IMG/VR virus record: IMGVR_UViG_3300042691_022988
Strand: one strand, 5' to 3'
DNA: 20,000 nucleotides
From: an uncultured virus (IMG/VR IMGVR_UViG_3300042691_022988)
Lineage: Duplodnaviria; Heunggongvirae; Uroviricota; Caudoviricetes
In this document: one piece after another, positions 14,788 to 20,000 of the stretch
Layout of the letters: the number at the start of each line of letters is the position of its first letter
Numbering within the stretch: position 1 is the first letter of the stretch
Program-made: the position numbers and the translations under genes
The notes under the pieces: generated by a model
What the model was told of the DNA's origin: nothing
Database searches by the model: none
The model's input: only the letters and a program-made list of their open reading frames with translations

Positions 14788-14830
14788 CATGGCTATGGAG
14801 CAAGCAGGGGTTCGAGTCCCCTGCCATGTT
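14787..14830 (+). ncRNA. tRNA-like structure 2 (44-nt acceptor plus T-arm minihelix)
   Basis: ACATGGC/GCCATGT 7-bp acceptor; TATGGAGCAAGC linker; AGGGG-TTCGAGT-CCCCT T-arm; begins at the upstream stop codon. Confidence 0.7.
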
Positions 14831-14862
14831 CTCTGCTCACAGCAGGCTCGTAATGCAACGAG

Positions 14863-14900
14863 AGGAGGGGAGCGGCAACGGCTGCACCCTCCTTATTTTA
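14863..14900 (+). terminator. Possible terminator or structured element
   Basis: AGGAGGG...CCCTCCT followed by TATTTT. Confidence 0.4.
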
Positions 14901-14934
14901 ACATCTCTTAACAAGTGTAATTTAAACTTTAATA

Positions 14935-14942
14935 TACTTTTG
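14935..14942 (+). promoter_or_regulatory. Bacteroidetes -7 element
   Basis: TACTTTTG before ATG 14965. Confidence 0.55.
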
Positions 14943-14964
14943 TACCACTTAAAACAACAGCAAC

Positions 14965-15219
14965 ATGACGCAAGAGCAAATCAAACGCAGGCTTTTATTC
15001 ATCATCGATGACGCGAGCCGTTTACTTCACCACCTAGAGTCAGGCAAGGACATGAGCGAATTCACGGGCTTTGCTGACGATGGGTATACACACCTGTCAA
15101 ACATCCAAATCGCAGCAGACCTAGAGGACACGGAGTCTGACGTGTGGAAGAACGTACACTCCATGGATGCAGAAACCTTAGAACTTGTAACACTTAATTT
15201 TTCAAAAAGCAAAATATGA
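14965..15219 (+). CDS. Hypothetical protein
   Basis: 84 aa with an A/C-rich leader. Confidence 0.75.
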   Translation: MTQEQIKRRLLFIIDDASRLLHHLESGKDMSEFTGFADDGYTHLSNIQIAADLEDTESDVWKNVHSMDAETLELVTLNFSKSKI

Positions 15220-15695
15220 ACTTAGCACAATTTACAACGCAGATTGCGACCACGGGTGGCGCAACCTACAACATCGTAACAGGCGACAGCCCAACATCAG
15301 GCTACGCCGCATCAATGCAGGGACACGAGAAAGTCATCAAACTTCCTGATACATGGGATTCCATGTCGGGCAGCGACCGAGGGATGTACATCAAGCAGCA
15401 CGTCCTTGACTTCATCGTAACCAACGGGACTCAGCTAGAGACCTCATGGGACTACATTGGAGCATGGACTCATGAAGGCAACATCTACCTCGATGTGACC
15501 CGCGTGTTCAATGAACTCTACGATGCTGTCTTATTCGGCATCCTAAACAATCAGAAGGCCATCTACGATTTCAACCGAGATGAGTCAATCGAATTGCCCG
15601 AAGGTCAGACTCACGGCACAATGACTCAGGCCATGGACTACGCTAAGATGACAGCAACAGCAATCTCACATAAAATCCTTACAACAAATGAATAA
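15216..15695 (+). CDS. Conserved phage hypothetical protein
   Basis: GGAT...P.SGY...YIGAW....YLDVT......A...G..N.QKAIYDF, a motif pattern recalled from diverse phages. Confidence 0.8.
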   Translation: MNLAQFTTQIATTGGATYNIVTGDSPTSGYAASMQGHEKVIKLPDTWDSMSGSDRGMYIKQHVLDFIVTNGTQLETSWDYIGAWTHEGNIYLDVTRVFNELYDAVLFGILNNQKAIYDFNRDESIELPEGQTHGTMTQAMDYAKMTATAISHKILTTNE

Positions 15696-15936
15696 CTCAA
15701 GCTACCACAACTTTAGCTTCGGCACGTTCGCCAAGCAAGTATCAAAGGATGCACCCCACTCGAAGGTTACGCTTCGGGTGGAGGCCGACAACGATGACGG
15801 ATTCGTCAGCGTGTATGCATACGACCAATTCGGAGACTACCTCAATGCCTTCTCCTACATGGACAGGTTCGAGGTTGATGACGACATGAACCAAGCAATC
15901 GAAGAGTATCAACTAGACATCGAAACAACTAAGTAA
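15688..15936 (+). CDS. Acidic hypothetical protein
   Basis: 82 aa, coupled. Confidence 0.7.
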   Translation: MNNSSYHNFSFGTFAKQVSKDAPHSKVTLRVEADNDDGFVSVYAYDQFGDYLNAFSYMDRFEVDDDMNQAIEEYQLDIETTK

Positions 15937-15937
15937 T

Positions 15938-16312
15938 ATGAGCAACAATAAAGCAATTGCACACGTGCAAAACCAAATCATGCTTTCATGGAAAGCCGTG
16001 ATGAACTATGAGCAACAACTCCGCGACATCGGCCATGATGAAATCATCGAAGCCTGCATCGAGAATGAGAAGGAGAAGGTGTACATCTACACGACCATTC
16101 TCAATCAGCTAGAGACCTCAGTCAACCAAGCCAAGGCCATCCTCAAGGACGCTGGCTACTACGTTGACAACCTGTGGCACATCGATGACGTGAAGGGTCT
16201 GAAGGACATGAATGATGACGATGCATACGCCATCCTTGACACAATCCTGTCGGGCGACTACATCATAGAAGATATCGCAAATTCAATTAACCAAGCAACT
16301 CAAACGCTATGA
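15938..16312 (+). CDS. Acidic hypothetical protein
   Basis: 124 aa; GYYVDNLWHIDDV motif. Confidence 0.75.
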   Translation: MSNNKAIAHVQNQIMLSWKAVMNYEQQLRDIGHDEIIEACIENEKEKVYIYTTILNQLETSVNQAKAILKDAGYYVDNLWHIDDVKGLKDMNDDDAYAILDTILSGDYIIEDIANSINQATQTL

Positions 16313-16680
16313 CACACTACGCAAACTACGACGCATGGAAGTTGTCCAATCCCGATGACGATGGACACTACACCGAGGATACCAAGGCTCGCATTGAAGA
16401 GCCAATCTATTTCAAGTACCAAATGAAATGGAACAGGAGACACCTTTACGGCATGATTACTACCTCAGGATACGACATCAAGATATGGAATATCGGACGC
16501 ATCAGGACGATAGACATTGACGAAATCGAAACCTATGTCGAGGACGTGTACAGCGAGATTGATAGAATCAAATCTAACTACGAGAACTTCGAGTACATTT
16601 CTATGCAGGAGTTCTACGCAGAGTTCGAGCAGGTTCATAGCAAAACTCTAAAGATTGTACAAGATGCGACGAATAATTGA
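16309..16680 (+). CDS. Hypothetical protein
   Basis: YDAWKLSNP N-terminal motif; ATGA overlap. Confidence 0.75.
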   Translation: MTHYANYDAWKLSNPDDDGHYTEDTKARIEEPIYFKYQMKWNRRHLYGMITTSGYDIKIWNIGRIRTIDIDEIETYVEDVYSEIDRIKSNYENFEYISMQEFYAEFEQVHSKTLKIVQDATNN

Positions 16681-16732
16681 TTACATCGCATTCACACTGA
16701 TGATGTGGTTCTTAAAAGACATTGACAAATGA
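16664..16732 (+). CDS. Possible 22-aa peptide
   Basis: MRRIIDYIAFTLMMWFLKDIDK* bridges two genes, with an ATGA overlap at 16729. Confidence 0.35.
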   Translation: MRRIIDYIAFTLMMWFLKDIDK

Positions 16733-17049
16733 TATTAGACTATCGCACAGGTGACGACATCGTTGCCATTCGAGACCACTCTCAGGGTGTGTTCCTCAAG
16801 GGAGATGTGTTCACAGCTATTGCCATGCAAAGGAACAGCTGTGGATGCATCATCCTTGTGGATATAGGTTTGAATTCTGACAGGCCATTTACCATGTGCC
16901 CTGTATGCGAGATGAAGGATGAGAAGACCGACAAAATATGGTGGGTCGATGCCCGATCATTCCGGAGATTGCTTTCCCGATCGGAAGAGGCAGACCTCGC
17001 AGAAGTTCTAGAACAAGTGTTATCAGAGCCACTAATTAACACTAATTAA
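16729..17049 (+). CDS. Cys-containing (CGC...CPVC) putative Zn-binding protein
   Basis: 106 aa; four cysteines in two pairs. Confidence 0.7.
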   Translation: MILDYRTGDDIVAIRDHSQGVFLKGDVFTAIAMQRNSCGCIILVDIGLNSDRPFTMCPVCEMKDEKTDKIWWVDARSFRRLLSRSEEADLAEVLEQVLSEPLINTN

Positions 17050-17060
17050 TGAGAGATTAG

Positions 17061-17089
17061 TTGAGAATCTAGAAGTTACACTATATTTG
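17061..17089 (+). promoter_or_regulatory. Bacteroidetes promoter
   Basis: TTG (17061-17063) and TATATTTG (17082-17089). Confidence 0.65.
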
Positions 17090-17097
17090 CAATCTAA

Positions 17098-17289
17098 ATG
17101 ACACGGCTGTACAAAACCAAAGATGGCTACGAAATTGTCAAACATTCGCGTGACGTTTATGCAATCACAGGCAAGCACGTCAAGTATGTGGGCAAGGTTT
17201 CATCAAGCTATCAATCGAGCGGGCAACTGCTCAAGAGTATACCAAACGAAATCAAAACAATCTTCTTTAACATCCAACGTAATGACTGA
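17098..17289 (+). CDS. Hypothetical protein
   Basis: 63 aa directly after the promoter. Confidence 0.65.
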   Translation: MTRLYKTKDGYEIVKHSRDVYAITGKHVKYVGKVSSSYQSSGQLLKSIPNEIKTIFFNIQRND

Positions 17290-17500
17290 ACGACCTTATT
17301 GGGTTATCTCGATTAACCCTGACCTGACTGGCAACATCATGACCTTCGGGTCATACCCTGACGCATGGAACTATTGGCGCAACAAGAATCTGAAACCCGA
17401 TGGGATGCTGTACGCACTCATCGAGAATGAAGATGTAGCCAAGGGCTTCTGCGAAGACCACAACTTACAATTTACAAACCATATAACACAACAATCATGA
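17282..17500 (+). CDS. Hypothetical protein
   Basis: MTERPYW start overlapping the upstream stop. Confidence 0.65.
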   Translation: MTERPYWVISINPDLTGNIMTFGSYPDAWNYWRNKNLKPDGMLYALIENEDVAKGFCEDHNLQFTNHITQQS

Positions 17501-18492
17501 ATTGGAATCTCCAACAACTATGGAATGAATGCGTTTATTCCCAGCAACGTGCGCTAGAGCCACGTGACTACTGCTATGCATCTGAAATTGGTCAACCACT
17601 TGTTGACCGCTACCTCAAGATGAAAGCCGTTACGCCAACCAACCCACCCAACATGAGAAGCCTCCGCAAGTTCGAGGCGGGCAACCTCGTCGAGTGGGTA
17701 GTACGCTACGTTCTCGAACGTGCAGGTCTCATCAACAACACCCAAGAACGTGTGATGGTCGAGTACCCCAATATGCTCAAGGTATCGGGTCGCCTCGACT
17801 TCCTAGCAGGTGGCAAGATTGACATCGAACGTGCAAAGCAGGACATCACCTCATCGCACCTGCCCGAATCAATCCAAGCATCCTCCCTGTACATCGCAGA
17901 GAAACTATACGAGAAGTTCGGTGACAAGGAACTTGAGAAGAAAGTCCTAGAGATTAAGTCCTGCTCATCCTTCGTGATGGACATGATGGAGAAGACTGAG
18001 AAGCCTATCAAGCACCACCGCCTGCAACTATTCCACTACATGAAGGGGCTAGGTCTCAACGGTGAACTCGTGTACATCTGCAAGGATGACCTCCGTATGA
18101 TGTGCTTCCAGTACGAACCGTCTGAGGAATTGGAACAGGAGTACCTCGCAGACCTTGCGGCAATCACACACTACTTCACATCCAACACACGACCCCCGCT
18201 TGAGAACCACATCGTGGTCGAGGACGGTAAGTTCAAGAAAAACTTCGGCATCGAGTACAGCAACTACCTCAAGTTCCTCTACGACTTTGACGAACCACGC
18301 GACTACTCAGACTCCGTTAAGTCTCAGGTTGCACGTTGGACTCGCGTAATCGCCCGCTATGCAAAGGGTGAGAACATCACCAAGAAGAACGAGGAAGTAC
18401 GCACTGAGATCGAAACAGCCGGATATAACTTCAATCAGATTGTAGAACAAGCCAAGCGTTATGGCGTAACCGAAGAGGAGGAAGAAGCATGA
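17497..18492 (+). CDS. PD-(D/E)XK exonuclease, Cas4/YqaJ-like
   Basis: YASEIG...FEAGNLVE...GRLDF...VLEIKS...HRLQLFHYM (QxxxY) motifs. Confidence 0.8.
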   Translation: MNWNLQQLWNECVYSQQRALEPRDYCYASEIGQPLVDRYLKMKAVTPTNPPNMRSLRKFEAGNLVEWVVRYVLERAGLINNTQERVMVEYPNMLKVSGRLDFLAGGKIDIERAKQDITSSHLPESIQASSLYIAEKLYEKFGDKELEKKVLEIKSCSSFVMDMMEKTEKPIKHHRLQLFHYMKGLGLNGELVYICKDDLRMMCFQYEPSEELEQEYLADLAAITHYFTSNTRPPLENHIVVEDGKFKKNFGIEYSNYLKFLYDFDEPRDYSDSVKSQVARWTRVIARYAKGENITKKNEEVRTEIETAGYNFNQIVEQAKRYGVTEEEEEA

Positions 18493-18809
18493 AACGAGAC
18501 ACATTCATGAAGTGCTGTGAACGGATGAAGACAGCATCCAACAACATAGACGCAGTATACAAACTCAACATCGACCTCCATGAGTTTATGGATGACGAGC
18601 ATTGGGTGGTTCAACACCTGTGGAGCGTCATCCTGACTCCGGAAGGATACGAATGGTTCTCATGGTTCATGTACGAGAAGGCGTACCTGTACGAATTCAA
18701 GGACGACATGAGAGCATACGACGAGAACAAGAACGAGATATGTCAGACACTGCCTGACCTATACGAATACTTAGTAACTAATAATCATTTTTATACATCA
18801 ACCAAATGA
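18489..18809 (+). CDS. Hypothetical protein
   Basis: EGYEWFSWFMYE motif; ATGA overlaps. Confidence 0.75.
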   Translation: MKRDTFMKCCERMKTASNNIDAVYKLNIDLHEFMDDEHWVVQHLWSVILTPEGYEWFSWFMYEKAYLYEFKDDMRAYDENKNEICQTLPDLYEYLVTNNHFYTSTK

Positions 18810-19018
18810 CAATCGAAGTAACCCACAATCTAGGAGACATCGTGTACTTCCTAAAGAACAACAAAATCGCATCCGGTAACATCTACAAGATAGAGGCTAC
18901 CATTAGCGAAGAAGGTCAAACAGGATTCTTGTTCATCAAGACCGAAGACTACGACTCAGTAGTAATACGACCACACGAAGCATTCAATTCACGCCAACAA
19001 CTAATCGACCAGCTATGA
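18806..19018 (+). CDS. Hypothetical protein
   Basis: HNLGDIVYFLKNNKI; beta-barrel-like; coupled. Confidence 0.7.
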   Translation: MTIEVTHNLGDIVYFLKNNKIASGNIYKIEATISEEGQTGFLFIKTEDYDSVVIRPHEAFNSRQQLIDQL

Positions 19019-19245
19019 AAATCAAAGTAGAAAGCGGATACCCCGCACCAACCCGATCGACAGCCCGTGCTAAGTACCCATTCGCAACTATGGAGGTGGG
19101 CGATAGCTTCTTCATGAAGTCAACATTTCCTGAACATGAACGTGGCCGTGTATCGGCAGCAGCCTGCGCCTATGCCAAGAAGCACGGCGTTAAATTCTCA
19201 ACCAAAGTATTCGATACCGGAGTCAGAACGTGGAGGATAGCATGA
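19015..19245 (+). CDS. Small putative DNA-binding phage protein
   Basis: KYPFATMEVGDSFF...GVRTWR family pattern. Confidence 0.75.
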   Translation: MKIKVESGYPAPTRSTARAKYPFATMEVGDSFFMKSTFPEHERGRVSAAACAYAKKHGVKFSTKVFDTGVRTWRIA

Positions 19246-19676
19246 AGCACAACGGAGTAATCACACCACAGGGGGCATTGCGAATCTACAATCGCCCCCT
19301 ATTCGATGAAGAAGTCAGAGCCATGTCCCGTGAAAAGGACTTGGCTGTGACCATCGAAGTCAAGGTAAAAAGGAATGTACGCTCAGACGTACAAAACGCA
19401 TACTACTGGGGCGTGGTCGTAGCGATGATAGTGGAAAGGCTCAGGGAGCTTGGCCATGACGTTGACCGCGACCTCACGCACGAGTTCTTGAAGGGAAGGT
19501 TTCTTTACTCTGAGCTGACTGACCCGAACACCGGGGAGGTTATGCGTATACCTCGCAAGACATCCGAACTTGCAACGGGTGAGTTTATGGACTACCTTGA
19601 ACACGTTAAGCAGTTCGCTGCTGAAACGTTGGACATATACATACCAGACCCTAACGAACAACCAGAAATAACATGA
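19242..19676 (+). CDS. NinB/Orf-like recombination-associated protein
   Basis: RSDVQNAYYWGVV...TSEL...EFMDYLEHV..FAAE.L.I.IPDP pattern. Confidence 0.65.
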   Translation: MKHNGVITPQGALRIYNRPLFDEEVRAMSREKDLAVTIEVKVKRNVRSDVQNAYYWGVVVAMIVERLRELGHDVDRDLTHEFLKGRFLYSELTDPNTGEVMRIPRKTSELATGEFMDYLEHVKQFAAETLDIYIPDPNEQPEIT

Positions 19677-20000
19677 ATACGATTTGTACGATAATCATTT
19701 GGAGCGGTATGTACTACGCCACGCCCGATTGGATGGACAAACAAATACCTGATTGGATGTGGTCTCGGTACGAGATATTCATCTATCCCTACAGCACACC
19801 ACTAACGATGGACTATGACCCAAAAACTACAGCCCTCATCGGGTTTAGTGCCGGAGGTTTGGATGTTCTCAAGAACTACAGGAAAGACTACGCCTTTGTC
19901 GGACTGATTGACCCTAGCACCCGTGAGAAGTTCACGACCATCGAGTACGGATCAAATACCCATATGCTATACAACCACAATAACTGGGCAGGAAGCAACA
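19673..20000 (+). CDS. Alpha/beta-hydrolase-like protein, 3' end outside window
   Basis: ATGA overlap; open to the window end. ALIGFSAGG (GxSxG, 19841-19855) is followed by VGLIDP. Confidence 0.6.
   Translation, partial: MNTICTIIIWSGMYYATPDWMDKQIPDWMWSRYEIFIYPYSTPLTMDYDPKTTALIGFSAGGLDVLKNYRKDYAFVGLIDPSTREKFTTIEYGSNTHMLYNHNNWAGSN

Noticed and set aside
14847..14893. Twister ribozyme (TAATGCA motif)
   Set aside because: Could not build the P2/P4 stems and two pseudoknots; simple hairpins explain the sequence.
16697..16732. CTGATGA as a third hammerhead core
   Set aside because: No GAAA after a stem II and no stems I or III; it lies in a small bridging ORF.
1..20000. Alternative genetic code or stop-codon reassignment
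   Set aside because: Genes tile densely under the standard code, with TAA, TGA and TAG all used as coupled stops.

Overview
This looks like a segment of a dsDNA tailed phage infecting a Bacteroidetes host: TAnnTTTG -7 promoters, A/C-rich leaders with no Shine-Dalgarno, and dense small genes. Left part (+, 1-6504): replication and middle genes, including a Twinkle/T7-gp4-like helicase C-terminus, an SSB-like protein, a DnaA domain IV-like HTH, a metallophosphoesterase, an HExxH protein, a MazG-like protein and membrane micropeptides. 6570-9357 (-): an operon of nine small, very Lys/Arg-rich proteins. About 9400-10490: a non-coding region with a G/C tract, IHF-like sites, strand-biased CCTG motifs and divergent promoters, probably the genome terminus or packaging region. 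10484-20000 (+): a putative early region of many small genes, depleted in GATC and CCWGG, ending in Cas4-like nuclease, NinB-like and alpha/beta-hydrolase genes. The main finding is that the early transcript is punctuated by RNA devices. These are a ~470-nt structured leader ending in a tRNA-like domain, two covarying type I hammerhead ribozymes sitting exactly between a stop codon and the next start (bracketing a 768-nt three-gene unit that could circularise), and a 44-nt anticodon-less tRNA mimic. All counts and structures were determined by eye, and family assignments come from remembered motifs, not searches.
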